Positions 1 through 10,357 of a DNA stretch of 64,000 bases are shown here, in pieces (the stretch's first letter is position 1; each line of letters starts with the position of its first letter). The notes beneath the pieces were generated by a model. It saw nothing but the letters and a program-made list of their open reading frames with translations, did no database searches and was not told where the DNA came from. The position numbers and the translations under genes are program-made. Source of the stretch: Chloroflexota bacterium (lineage in GTDB: Bacteria; Chloroflexota; UBA11872; VXOZ01); the NCBI GenBank assembly GCA_965221905.1, contig OZ244922.1, positions 2,272,001 through 2,336,000 of the forward strand, read 5' to 3'.

Positions 1-165
1 CCGTTCCTGCTCGCTTATTGCTTCCACCGTAACTATATCCGCTGCCGCAGCGAGCTCATCTACCGTAATCCTTCCCCTGTCATAGGATGCAATGGCACGA
101 CGCAGTGTCTGCCCACCAGTCCTATTTGCGATTTTTGGATAATTTCCTGGAACCGTGCTGATCAT
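1..165 (-). CDS. 5' part of a cobalamin-independent methionine synthase II (MetE-like) family protein, running off the window
   Basis: Manual translation from ATG at 165: MISTVPGNYPKIANRTGGQTLRRAIASYDRGRITVDELAAAADIVTVEAISEQER. This resembles the MetE-family N-terminus (G.YP.....LR.A......G.I...EL......EQ). AGGAG RBS at ~172-176. Not in the ORF track. Confidence 0.6.
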   Translation of the reverse strand, partial: MISTVPGNYPKIANRTGGQTLRRAIASYDRGRITVDELAAAADIVTVEAISEQER

Positions 166-649
166 CTACTACTCCTGTTGCTCGACACTCTATCTCCTAG
201 CTCTATGGTATGGCACAGTGTGGCAAATTTCAAAATTCCCATTGGGCACCTCTAAACCTGCACTAGTTTAAAGAGGAGGGCACATGCTTCTTACGTGGTA
301 TCGGATGGCACAGGACGATGACTTTTCTTGCGTGATGCGCTATATGACGGTCGGTCATAGTGCCGACAACAGCGATTTCAAATCTCAAGCGGCCTGCCTT
401 CAATCTCCGTTCAATTTCATGCGGTGACAGAGCAAACGCTCTCAGCTATGCTAGGTATACGCCTATGCGAGGCATATGTAAGTGCGAGGCGTACGCGAAG
501 CGCAATGGTTACAGCCGCAGCAGAATCTGCACTACCAATCATCTTGCTCACGGACTCTGAGGGTAGACTTCGGATGGTGCTCGGTGCTGTGGTGTTCTCT
601 GCCGCGACCTGTCGTCGAAAAAGTTATGACAAGGAAAGGAATGCCCGCC

Positions 650-1795
650 GTGCGGATTACCGACGTTGAAACCTACATACTCGGGGACAACTGGCGCAAC
701 ATAGTTTTCGCGCGTGTGATCACCGATGAAGGGCTCTATGGGATCGGCGAAGCAACACTCCAAAACCGTGATGAAGCTGTGGTTGCGTATCTTCAAGCGG
801 CTAAGAATCGGCACATTATCGGCAGCGATCCATTCAACATCGAAGACCTCTGGCTGCGCATGTACCGCGATGACTTTTGGCGGGGTGGGCCGGTTGCCAA
901 CACGGCCCTAAGTGCGGTGGAAATTGCCTGCTGGGACATTGTGGGCAAAGCGCTTGGCGTACCGGTTTACCGTCTCCTGGGCGGCCAGTGCCATGAGCGA
1001 CTCAAGGCGTATGCCAACGGGTGGTACACCGGCGAGCGTACGCCCGAGGACTTTGCCAGACGCGCAAAAGGCGTAGTGGCAAAGGGCTATCGCGCCCTAA
1101 AGGTTGATCCCTTCGGCGCAGGCACTTACGAGATGGAAGCCGACGAGAAACGCCATTCCATTGCGCTCGTTGAAGCAATCCGGGACGCCGTCGGACCCGA
1201 TGTGGAGATCTTCATTGAAATGCACGGCCGCTTTAGCCCCGCAACGGCGATCGAGATCGCTCGTGAACTTGAGCCTTTCAAGCCTGGATGGGTAGAAGAG
1301 CCGGTTCCCCCGGAAGACCAGGATGCGCTGGAGCGGGCAGCGCGTGACATACACGTGCCGGTGGCCACGGGAGAACGACTGTTCACACGCTATGACTACG
1401 CGCGCTTCTTTAAGAACAACGTAGTTGACATCATTCAGCCGGATATTATCCACGCCGGCGGCATCATGGAGCTCAAGAAGATTGCGGCCATGGCCGATGC
1501 CCACTACGTGATGGTAGCGCCGCACTGTTCCAACGGCCCCGCCTGTACCGCGGCGAGCGTGCACTTCGACTTCTGCACAACGAACGTGAAAATTCAGGAG
1601 TGCTTCGACGACTTTGCTCCCGATTTCGTGCGCGAGGCGGTACCCGGTTTCCCGCGAGTCAAGGATGGGTATTTCTCACCGCCGGAAGCGCCGGGCCTTG
1701 GGATTGATCTCAATCTCGACGTAATCGAGGAACATCCCTACCGATTCGGCCACTTCAACCTATTCGCAGACGACTGGCAGCGCCGCGCCTACTAG
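650..1795 (+). CDS. Mandelate racemase/muconate lactonizing (enolase superfamily) acid-sugar dehydratase, galactonate dehydratase-like
   Basis: Motifs RVITDEGLYGIGE, SAVEIACWDIVGKALGVPVYRLLGG, YANGW, KVDPF, EMHGR, EEP, GE, QPD, PH. Start GTG 650 (or ATG 641) follows AAGGAAAGGA. Confidence 0.9.
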   Translation: MRITDVETYILGDNWRNIVFARVITDEGLYGIGEATLQNRDEAVVAYLQAAKNRHIIGSDPFNIEDLWLRMYRDDFWRGGPVANTALSAVEIACWDIVGKALGVPVYRLLGGQCHERLKAYANGWYTGERTPEDFARRAKGVVAKGYRALKVDPFGAGTYEMEADEKRHSIALVEAIRDAVGPDVEIFIEMHGRFSPATAIEIARELEPFKPGWVEEPVPPEDQDALERAARDIHVPVATGERLFTRYDYARFFKNNVVDIIQPDIIHAGGIMELKKIAAMADAHYVMVAPHCSNGPACTAASVHFDFCTTNVKIQECFDDFAPDFVREAVPGFPRVKDGYFSPPEAPGLGIDLNLDVIEEHPYRFGHFNLFADDWQRRAY

Positions 1796-1891
1796 GTACG
1801 CAGAATTAGCCCAAACGTTGAGTCTGGCGATTGGGCTTGCAAAGTCTACAAGACCCATGAATTTGCGCATGTTCACTTGGAAGGAGTTCGT

Positions 1892-3064
1892 ATGACCTAC
1901 GACCTGGTGCTTCGCAACGGCGACATCATCGATCCCGGAGAGAGACAGCGCTTCTCTGGAGACATTGGCATTGCCGACGGCAAGATTGCTGCCATAGCTG
2001 CAGGAACGCTGGCCGGCACGGGTGCGCAGGAGATAGACGTCACCGGTCAACTCGTCACGCCCGGACTGGTGGACTTGCACGGGCACTGCTACTGGGGCGT
2101 AGGGGGCACGGGGCTCGATCCGGACCTCGTTGGCGCGCGCCATGGCGTGACCACCTGGATCGATCCCGGCAGCAGCGGCGCAGCTACCTTTCCAGGCTTC
2201 AAGCGATTCATCATCGAACCTTCGCAGGTGCGCGTGGTCCCTTTGCTGAATCTCAGTGCTAAGGGCCTGGTGCATTGCCAGGAGGTTGGCGAACTAAATA
2301 ATATGACTTATGTCGACACGGAACTCAACGCCGCCACCCTGGAGATGCACCGCGGCCTCATCGCCGGCATTAAGATTCGCGCCGGCCGTTCCAGCACCGG
2401 GCAGACTGGAATGATGGCTCTGTGGGTAGGGCGCGAAATCTGCGATCAGTTCTCACTACCTTTGATGGTCCACATCTCCATGCCGGCGCCCACCTTGCAA
2501 GAATTGCTTCCCATACTGCGGGCGGGCGACATCGTTACGCACTGCTTTCATGGCAAGCCTGGCGGCATCTTGATGCGGGGCGAAGTGCGTGACGAGGCAT
2601 GGGCAGCGCGCGAACGAGGCGTGCTCTTCGACGTGGGTCACGGCAATAGCAGTTTTTCATTCCCTGTCACTGCCGCTGCCATGGAACAAGGGTTTCCACC
2701 CGATTCCATCAGCACCGACCTGCATCAGAGGAGCATTCGCACGTCGGCAAAGAGCTTTCCCTACGTGATGTCAAAGTTCCTTGCCCTCGGCATGGACATG
2801 GAGACCGTGGTCCGGCTCAGCACATTAATTCCCGCGCAGTCGGTAGGATACGACCACGTTTGCGGTCGGCTTAGCGTCGGCGCTCCGGCGGACATTGCGG
2901 TCTTCCGGGTCGACGAAGGCAATTTCACCTTCTTGGATCCACAGGGCGAGAAACGAGATGGCAGACAGCAGTTAGAAAATACCCACACCATTGCGAACGG
3001 TGTGTTGCTGGATCGGAGCCGCGATCCGCTCGCTGACGAGCCGTTTCCTCTGTCGACTATTTGA
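1892..3064 (+). CDS. Amidohydrolase/dihydroorotase-like metallohydrolase (deacetylase family)
   Basis: Motifs PGLVDLHGH, GVTTWIDPGSSG, GIKIR, MVH, THCFH, FDVGHG, ISTDLH, GAPADIAVF. AAGGAG RBS precedes ATG 1892. Confidence 0.88.
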   Translation: MTYDLVLRNGDIIDPGERQRFSGDIGIADGKIAAIAAGTLAGTGAQEIDVTGQLVTPGLVDLHGHCYWGVGGTGLDPDLVGARHGVTTWIDPGSSGAATFPGFKRFIIEPSQVRVVPLLNLSAKGLVHCQEVGELNNMTYVDTELNAATLEMHRGLIAGIKIRAGRSSTGQTGMMALWVGREICDQFSLPLMVHISMPAPTLQELLPILRAGDIVTHCFHGKPGGILMRGEVRDEAWAARERGVLFDVGHGNSSFSFPVTAAAMEQGFPPDSISTDLHQRSIRTSAKSFPYVMSKFLALGMDMETVVRLSTLIPAQSVGYDHVCGRLSVGAPADIAVFRVDEGNFTFLDPQGEKRDGRQQLENTHTIANGVLLDRSRDPLADEPFPLSTI

Positions 3065-3122
3065 TGCGTCGCGCGCACCTTCGTGGGCAGGCCTTCTGCC
3101 GCCCCGCAATGGGATAAATGCT

Positions 3123-4673
3123 ATGCAGTTCAAGTTTCTCCACACTGCAGACATTCATCTCGGCTACCAACAATATGGTCTGAGCGAGCGCTACGACGAC
3201 TTCACCGAGGCGTTCCGGTGGATAGTGGATACTGCCCTGGACGAGCGCGTTGACTTTCTCCTCATTGCAGGGGACCTCTTCGAGAAACGCACCCTCGACC
3301 CACGCACGCTCCTCATCGCCGTCACCGAGTTCGAACGACTGAAAGCCGCGGGAATTCCAGTCGTCGCTATCGAAGGAAACCACGAACGCACGTACGGCGA
3401 AATCCTTTCTTGGATGGAGTACCTAAACCAGAGCCGGCTCCTCTATCTGCTTGATTGTTCCCGCCACGAACAGGGTTGGATGCCGCAGCCATGGGACGAC
3501 GCGGAGCGCACCGGCGGGTACGTGGACATTGCAGGTGCCCGGATTTACGGCCTTAAGTATCAGGGCGCTGAGACCGGCAGGGCTCTAAACGAGATTGGCG
3601 CCGCCATCGCCGCTGCACCACCTCCTGACGGCGTGTTCTCAATCTTCCTGGCCCACACCTCGGTTGAAGGATACTACGACAAAGGGCACCCGTTTGCGCG
3701 CCAACAAGACCTAAGTACTCTCCGGCAGTGCATAGATTATCTTGCGCTCGGTCATGTTCACGTTCCATATCGAGGCACGCTGGGCGACGGGGAGTGGCTC
3801 TTCAATCCAGGGTGCCCGGAGTCTTGGAGCAGCGAAGAGTGGCAGTATGGCAACAAAGGCGCACTCCTCGTGAAGGTAGATACCAGCCGCACACCGGCAT
3901 TTTGCGCTGACCCGCTCAACTACCCATATCGCCGACCCTTTGTTCGCATCGTGCAAGAGCTCGATGCCTGTCCGTCTCCAAGCACACTCTTGGAGCTTCT
4001 TGAGAAGAAAGTGCAACGGGAACCTGTGCCTAACACGCTTACAGAAACGCCTCAACGAGCGGCGACAACGCACTCGGCGCATGGCATCGCTTCTCAGTTA
4101 CAGAAATCTCCCGTCGTCGATATCGTGCTCACGGGTGTTGCCCGCTTCTCGCGCACGGAAATTAACACTGAGGCCATTGAGCAATTGGCAAGGAACTACC
4201 TCAATCCTCTGGTTGTGCGCCTCCGGTCGTCGCTGCAGGAAGCTCTTGCCAACACGATAGAAGACGGCGACATGCATGATCGGGACGTGCTGGAACGATT
4301 GGTTCTCGAGACTCTCATCGCGGCCGACGATCGCTTTGCCTCCACGGCGGCAGACACCACGCAAATTGCAATGGCCCTCAAGCAGATGGTACTCGACGGC
4401 GTCACGAGCGGCGAGATTGCGGAGGAAGTGGGACGACGTTTGCGGTCGCAGCGACAAGCGTCAGGAACCGACGCAGAATCGGCGCCAGCTACAGTGGAGA
4501 GCGGACAGAGCGCTTCTGAGGATCGGAGCGCAGACGCCAGAGCTGCGGAGTTTATGTCTGCAAGTATAGGTGAGAGCCACGCAAATGACGAGCGCCTCCG
4601 GCACTACGTCCAACAGGACAATCTCTTCGGTTCCAGTCCTGCAAGCAAAGAGACCCCAAAGACTACGGACTAA
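3123..4673 (+). CDS. sbcD: Mre11/SbcD DNA repair metallophosphoesterase nuclease
   Basis: Motifs FLHTADIHLG, AGDLFE, EGNHE, LGHVH and NPG; lies directly upstream of a Rad50/SbcC gene. Confidence 0.92.
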   Translation: MQFKFLHTADIHLGYQQYGLSERYDDFTEAFRWIVDTALDERVDFLLIAGDLFEKRTLDPRTLLIAVTEFERLKAAGIPVVAIEGNHERTYGEILSWMEYLNQSRLLYLLDCSRHEQGWMPQPWDDAERTGGYVDIAGARIYGLKYQGAETGRALNEIGAAIAAAPPPDGVFSIFLAHTSVEGYYDKGHPFARQQDLSTLRQCIDYLALGHVHVPYRGTLGDGEWLFNPGCPESWSSEEWQYGNKGALLVKVDTSRTPAFCADPLNYPYRRPFVRIVQELDACPSPSTLLELLEKKVQREPVPNTLTETPQRAATTHSAHGIASQLQKSPVVDIVLTGVARFSRTEINTEAIEQLARNYLNPLVVRLRSSLQEALANTIEDGDMHDRDVLERLVLETLIAADDRFASTAADTTQIAMALKQMVLDGVTSGEIAEEVGRRLRSQRQASGTDAESAPATVESGQSASEDRSADARAAEFMSASIGESHANDERLRHYVQQDNLFGSSPASKETPKTTD

Positions 4674-4679
4674 CTCCCG

Positions 4680-7595
4680 ATGCGCATTACGGAAGTCTCT
4701 CTTACGAATATCAAGAGTTACCAGGAAGCGACTGTGCGGTTTCCATTGGGCACTATTGCCATTTCCGGCCCTAACGGGGCGGGCAAGAGCACCATTCTGG
4801 AAGCCATCGGCTTTGCGTTATTCGATTGTCTCCCCTATCGCAACCAACGGGAATTTATGCGCCATAATGCCACGGAGGCGGATGTGCGCGTGTCGTTTCT
4901 GTCGCGCCTCGATGAGTGTGAGTATCAGGCCGTGCGGACGTTGCGGCGTACGACAGGCAGCGCGGAATCCGTCACGTCAACCTACTTCGTTCACAGCTTT
5001 AATTCCAATTCAAGGGTCGCCCAGCAAAAGCAGGATGTGCTGGATTTCCTGCGCAACCACATCGGTTTGGATGATTACGACGACCTGGCGCGCGTTTTCG
5101 ATAATGTCCTTGGTGTGCCGCAGGGGCGTTTGACAGCAGACTTCCTGCTCACGCCCGGTCAGCGCAAAGACACGTTTGATCCCCTCCTCCGTGTTGATGC
5201 TTACCGCCATGTCTACGACAAGCTCCGGGACGTTTTGGACGTAATGCAAGGGAACATCTCCGAGCAGGAACGCCGCGTCTCCGCGCTGGAACCCGAGGCC
5301 GCGCGACTGCCCGAACAGGTCACAGCGCTCGCCCAGTATGAGAAGCAGTACGTGGAATCTGCCGCGCAAGCACAGTTGCTCACCGCAACCCAGGCGCGTC
5401 TGCAAGGGGAATTGAAAGGGTTGGAAACGCAACGCCGGACTTTGGAGCAGCAACGGGACATCGTCCGGCAACTCACGCAACAGCAGCAGAACCTGCAGAA
5501 GCGCCTCGTGGAAGAGCAAAAACAGGTCGAAACTGCCAAGAGAGCCGCAGATCGGATGCAGAGCGCGGCCGCAGGCTACACTGCCTATCGCAAAGCACGA
5601 GAAACGTTGGCGGCCCTCGAAGAAGAGCGCAAAGCTGCCGAATCCTTACGCCAGGGCAAACACAACGCTGAAAGGAAGCTAGTCGCTCTACAGACACGGC
5701 AAGCCGCGCTGGAGAAGGGCGTGAAAGAGGCAAGTCAAGCTAAAGAGAGTCGCACCGCCCTGGCGCCAAAGGTTGCGGAGCAAGAACGCCTTGAAACGCT
5801 CGCTCTCGAATTCAGCCGGAGCCTTGGGAGTGCCCGGCAGTACGGTCGCCAGGTAACGCAAGCTCTACAGCGGGTCGCTGCCAGTGACTCTGGCGAGCTA
5901 TTTCCGCATGCAGACAAGCCCTTGCCCAGAGAAGCGAGCGAAGACGCCGTATTCGTGCAAGCGCGCCTATCGGAGCAGCATGAGAAGTTGCAGGGCGTCG
6001 GCCTATGGCTCGCACAACGCGCAGATCTGCGGAAGCGTTACCGTCAGTCGATACAAATGCGCGATGAGACTGCCGCAGATGTGGCACGCTGCCGGGCTCT
6101 CCTGGAAACCGCCTCCCAACTTGACGGCCTCACGCAGCAACTGCAGTTGGTGCAGGAAAAGATCGGCGCCTATCAAGCGCAGCGTCGCTTCAATGAGCAG
6201 TCACAGCGGATGGCTAAAAACGGCCTTTGCCCGTTCTTCCAAGATCAATGCCCGAAGGTGGACGATGGGCATAGCCTCATTCCCGTGATTGCCACCCTCG
6301 TTCGCGACTTCACCGACCACACCGCTCAGGCGACGGTTGAGCGGAACAAGCTCGAGAGTGAGGTAGCGCTCGCAAGCGATGCGCAGAAGCAGGTTAACCG
6401 CCTCGCCGACTTGGAGCCCCGCTTGCGGCAACTCGAGGAGGACCTCCTGGGCCTGGCCCAACAAGAACAAGACTTGACCCAGCGCATCGCCGCAAGCTTG
6501 CAAGAGGTCTGGCCTCCCCAAGCGATTGCTGCGGCGATTGCCTCGCTCGAAGCCAGGGAGAAGACCCTTGCGCGAGAACTGGAGGACCTGGGTAATCCCC
6601 GCCAGATAGCCGAGCGCTTGTTCGGCGCGGCCGGCGAATATGAACAGCGCATGCAGACGCTTGCCTCGGTATCCAGAGAACATCAGCGAGTCGAGGAGGA
6701 ACTGGCCCGCATTGAAGAACGCCTGAAACCATATTTCGACCTCGAACACCGGGTTACGGAAGAACGCCGGAGCATGAACGCGCACCGCGAAGAACACGAT
6801 ACGTATCTGCGCTTCCAGCAAACGGCAGCCGACCTCCCGCGCCGGGAAGAAGCCAGGGCAGCGCTTGCGGGCGACATTGAGAAAAACGCGCACGCAGTCT
6901 CAGAAGCTGGGGGACTGCTCGAAGAGTACGAGGCATCCTGGGACCCGGCCGCATTGGCTGGTGTGCAAGCAAACTTGAGCAAAACCCAAGGTGAGTTGGG
7001 CGCGGCAAACGAGCGTATCCGCCAGTTCGGCGCGTTGATCGCACAGGCAGAGCAGGATATCGCCAAGCTGAAGCAAACAGCGCGCGCGTTGCGGGAAGCC
7101 AAACAGGCTCAGGCCGAGGCGCAAGAGGTAAGGACTGTTACCAGTTTCCTGCGCAACGTGATACGCGACGCCGGGCCGCACATCACACGGCACCTCATCC
7201 AGCAGATATCCGCGGAAGCCAACACGCTCTTTAGCGAGATCATGGGGGATGCCTCCGCGGAGCTCTCACTTACGGAAGACTATGACATCCTGTTAGAACA
7301 ACACGGGCACCGGCGCGCGTTTGCACAGCTTTCCGGCGGCGAGCAGATGAGCGCGGCATTGGCCGTACGCCTGGGCTTGTTGCGCCAACTCTCCGACATC
7401 AACATTGCCTTCTTCGATGAACCAACCCAGAATATGGATTCTGAACGCCGCCGCAATCTTGCCGAACAGCTTGAGCGGGTGACAGGATTTCACCAGCTTT
7501 TCGTCATAAGCCACGATGATACGTTCGAACCGATGGTCTCGACCGTGCTGCGCGTGCGCAAGGAGAACGGCGCAAGCACAGTAGAGCAGGTGTAG
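4680..7595 (+). CDS. sbcC: Rad50/SbcC SMC-family ATPase
   Basis: Walker A GPNGAGKST, long coiled coil, central Cys pair CPFFQDQC, signature LSGGE, Walker B FFDEPT, ISH loop. Confidence 0.93.
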   Translation: MRITEVSLTNIKSYQEATVRFPLGTIAISGPNGAGKSTILEAIGFALFDCLPYRNQREFMRHNATEADVRVSFLSRLDECEYQAVRTLRRTTGSAESVTSTYFVHSFNSNSRVAQQKQDVLDFLRNHIGLDDYDDLARVFDNVLGVPQGRLTADFLLTPGQRKDTFDPLLRVDAYRHVYDKLRDVLDVMQGNISEQERRVSALEPEAARLPEQVTALAQYEKQYVESAAQAQLLTATQARLQGELKGLETQRRTLEQQRDIVRQLTQQQQNLQKRLVEEQKQVETAKRAADRMQSAAAGYTAYRKARETLAALEEERKAAESLRQGKHNAERKLVALQTRQAALEKGVKEASQAKESRTALAPKVAEQERLETLALEFSRSLGSARQYGRQVTQALQRVAASDSGELFPHADKPLPREASEDAVFVQARLSEQHEKLQGVGLWLAQRADLRKRYRQSIQMRDETAADVARCRALLETASQLDGLTQQLQLVQEKIGAYQAQRRFNEQSQRMAKNGLCPFFQDQCPKVDDGHSLIPVIATLVRDFTDHTAQATVERNKLESEVALASDAQKQVNRLADLEPRLRQLEEDLLGLAQQEQDLTQRIAASLQEVWPPQAIAAAIASLEAREKTLARELEDLGNPRQIAERLFGAAGEYEQRMQTLASVSREHQRVEEELARIEERLKPYFDLEHRVTEERRSMNAHREEHDTYLRFQQTAADLPRREEARAALAGDIEKNAHAVSEAGGLLEEYEASWDPAALAGVQANLSKTQGELGAANERIRQFGALIAQAEQDIAKLKQTARALREAKQAQAEAQEVRTVTSFLRNVIRDAGPHITRHLIQQISAEANTLFSEIMGDASAELSLTEDYDILLEQHGHRRAFAQLSGGEQMSAALAVRLGLLRQLSDINIAFFDEPTQNMDSERRRNLAEQLERVTGFHQLFVISHDDTFEPMVSTVLRVRKENGASTVEQV

Positions 7596-7681
7596 CACCG
7601 AGATACAACACTATGCAGTCCTTATACTGAACAAAGAATCCCTGGAGATTCGTCAAAGTCGCGCCAAATTGGGCGCGGTCC

Positions 7682-8920
7682 GTGCTGTTCGAGAACTCGG
7701 CGCAAAAAGCGGAGACAATCGTGTTCTATCGAGACAAGATAATTCAGGCACTCAACGACAAGCGGGCCGCGCTCACGGAACTGGACGCAGAGCAACAAAT
7801 GCGCCTGAATGAGCTCTACGCCGCGCGCGATGCGCTTGCCGGTGTTTCCGCCGCCGAACTATGTGAGCGACTTGCCCCGGAAGCCGCGCCGGGCGCGCGG
7901 CCTACCGAAGAGTTCGACAGACAGCCGGACCTCCGCATCCAATTTCCGGAAGTCTGGGAGAATGTGGCCGCAATGCGGCACTGGGCGGCAGAAACGCTTG
8001 CCAACGTCACCGTTTGTGCCGTTGACGGCAGCCAATTACCAGCTACCAAGGATTTTCCTTTGCCGGTAGCCGCCATTCAGATCGCTTGGTTTGCCAATCC
8101 CCATCAGGCGAATGGCGCCTACGAAAAAGATGCACATGTCGAAGTGCTAACACCACGCGATCTTGGCGATGACGACGGCGATTCAAACCTTTGGGTTGCC
8201 TTGCGTCGCTATGAGCTTGAAGTGGCTCGGATCAACACGTTCATGCGGGAAAATTGCGGCAAGGGCGAGCGGGCAGTTGCGCTCTTCGACGGCTCGCTCA
8301 CAGTCTCATTTGCTGGGGGCCTGCCTGAGGAAGTGCGCAGTCGGTATCGTGCGGCAGCAGTGAACATGCTGCGGACTTCAGAGGAGTGCCGGGTACCCCT
8401 TATTGCCTACATCGATCGGTCACGGGCACGTGACTTCACGAGGATGCTCTGCTACTTCCATGGCGTCAGTCTCTCCAATGCCTCACTCATCAGTGACCCT
8501 GCCCTGTTGGATGATCGGAACGGTGACGGGATACCTTGGCGGCAGACCGCGTTTCTGTGCCAGCGGCAAGATGTTACACAGGATGGCAACTACACCGATA
8601 ATGAGACAGGCAAGAGCTACAGCAATGAAATCTGCTTCACTTATCTAAAGATCAACCGCTCACCCCCGTCGCGACTGGAATTTCCGGCGTGGCTGCTTCG
8701 TGCCGGTGAGCTGGACCGCGTGATAGACTGGGTGCGAGCCGAGGCCATCGTGGGCGGCGGTTATCCCTACGCGATACAAGCGGCCGATGCCGCCGCAGTC
8801 ATCGACTTTAGGGACCGGCAGCGGTACCAGCGCGCGCTTGAGGAATTTGGGGAGCGCCACGACATACGCACCATGCAGGCATCCGCGAAGCAGGCGAGTA
8901 AGGAACGGCGGCGGTCCTAA
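7682..8920 (+). CDS. nurA: NurA-family DNA double-strand break resection nuclease
   Basis: Motifs AVDGSQ, LFDGSL, RLEFP.W, GYPY..QAAD..AVI, plus mre11-rad50 context. Start may instead be GTG 7721. Confidence 0.82.
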   Translation: MLFENSAQKAETIVFYRDKIIQALNDKRAALTELDAEQQMRLNELYAARDALAGVSAAELCERLAPEAAPGARPTEEFDRQPDLRIQFPEVWENVAAMRHWAAETLANVTVCAVDGSQLPATKDFPLPVAAIQIAWFANPHQANGAYEKDAHVEVLTPRDLGDDDGDSNLWVALRRYELEVARINTFMRENCGKGERAVALFDGSLTVSFAGGLPEEVRSRYRAAAVNMLRTSEECRVPLIAYIDRSRARDFTRMLCYFHGVSLSNASLISDPALLDDRNGDGIPWRQTAFLCQRQDVTQDGNYTDNETGKSYSNEICFTYLKINRSPPSRLEFPAWLLRAGELDRVIDWVRAEAIVGGGYPYAIQAADAAAVIDFRDRQRYQRALEEFGERHDIRTMQASAKQASKERRRS

Positions 8921-8932
8921 GAGGCTGGAGCG

Positions 8933-9535
8933 ATGAAGCAAAGAGCTATCGGACGCATCGTCAAGTCTAACTCCCACACGGACTACGTGTGCCAGGTCTA
9001 TGCCCCCAATGAGACGGCATACGACCCTCAGCCCAACGACTACGCCTTCGGCCGCTTTGTAAAAGCACCCATCGACGCAACAGGTGAACGCGAGGCCGTT
9101 GGCATCGTGTACGACACAATCCTTCTGAACCCGGAGTACGGCAGTATCGGTCCTCGCTTGAACCCTCCAAGCGAACAATTGGTGCTCTCCCCGGACTACC
9201 TTGTAGAGAAGGCCACTGCAGTCGGCATCATCATTGTCGGGCTAATCGACGGTGACACTATCGAGCACGGCGTCATTCCGCTCTCACTTCCCGTAGACGC
9301 CGAAGTTTCCAGCATTAGCAATGACGAAATACAGAGTTTCCATCAAGTGGGAGGGAAACTGTCGCTCGGCTATCTCCCCCACCTCATTTCGCACGAAAGC
9401 CCCCTGGTCACTGAACTCAGTCTCGCTGTATTTCGCCAGCTTCACGCGCTCTTTCCAGAGCCCGGCGACCGGCGTCTACTGAGCACACTCGCCGCCCACT
9501 TCACTTGGCAAGCGCGAGTAACACCGCTAGGCTAG
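8933..9535 (+). CDS. Stand-alone HAS-barrel domain protein (HerA/NurA-associated)
   Basis: IGRIVKSNSHTDYVCQV...FGRFVK...VGIVYDT beta-barrel pattern; follows nurA; no P-loop ATPase part. Confidence 0.65.
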   Translation: MKQRAIGRIVKSNSHTDYVCQVYAPNETAYDPQPNDYAFGRFVKAPIDATGEREAVGIVYDTILLNPEYGSIGPRLNPPSEQLVLSPDYLVEKATAVGIIIVGLIDGDTIEHGVIPLSLPVDAEVSSISNDEIQSFHQVGGKLSLGYLPHLISHESPLVTELSLAVFRQLHALFPEPGDRRLLSTLAAHFTWQARVTPLG

Positions 9536-9606
9536 GTGTGCTTGCATTGAGCAGCAGGTGGAGGCTCACTTAACATTCCCGCAGTAAGTAAGGCGCCCAG
9601 CTCTTC

Positions 9607-10008
9607 CTAGTATTGCGTCGGCCAAACGCCGGGAACGCGGTATGCCTCGTGTTCACCCGGCCACGGCGGCATTGTGACTATCACGAATCGCAGCGGATGG
9701 TCTCCCGTTGTTCTGAATTGAAAGTGGGCGCCGACGGGGATCGAGAGGCTCGCGCCCGCAGCCACGTCCACAACCCGCTCCTCGCCACCCTTGCGCCGCC
9801 AGACTTGGCCCGTTCCCTCGAGGAAGTACCACACCTCTTCTACTGTCCTGTGCGCTACCGCCGCTGAAGTCTCTCCCGGGTTCAGCGTGCAGTGCACCAT
9901 ACTGCCGCGGCTCGTTGTAGACAGCAGCCGAATTTCGGACCCATCCGGCGCGAGCGTATCGTACTCCTTGGCGAGTTCCGTGTAATCCAGTTCTTGGTTC
10001 ATGCCCAT
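9607..10008 (-). CDS. Cupin domain protein (mannose-6-phosphate isomerase-like)
   Basis: Cupin motifs HRTVEEVWYFLEGTG and IPVGAHFQFR; GGAGG-type RBS upstream. Confidence 0.85.
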   Translation of the reverse strand: MGMNQELDYTELAKEYDTLAPDGSEIRLLSTTSRGSMVHCTLNPGETSAAVAHRTVEEVWYFLEGTGQVWRRKGGEERVVDVAAGASLSIPVGAHFQFRTTGDHPLRFVIVTMPPWPGEHEAYRVPGVWPTQY

Positions 10009-10357
10009 TGCCTCCTTCGACTCCTCCTGGGTGTAAGTCTGGCTGCATTCATGGCAGCAAAGCTGATTAGTGCCTTCGTAGCTCCATCAAGATTAAGTCA
10101 CGAGTGATGCGGCCTTGGTCGCTCTTGCGAAATCCATGCCTTCTTGAGAAGCTTCTCCAGGAAAGGTATCTGCGCCAAAACTGAAGGCACAGGCCTCAAA
10201 TGACGTAAAAGGTCGAAACGGCTGTGTAGGCAGTCGTGACCGCTCACTGCAAGACGCGTGCTGTACTATACTATCCGTTAGGATATCAAGGACCTTTGAT
10301 GAAGCCAGTGTGACGTCGAGTGAATCCGAGCTTGTATAGACTACGAACGGATTCTGG

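Noticed and set aside
170-480. Cobalamin or SAM riboswitch upstream of the MetE-like gene
   Set aside because: Only scattered GGTGC/GGGAA/ACTGT words; the conserved core and B12 box are not recognisable. An Rfam scan would settle it.
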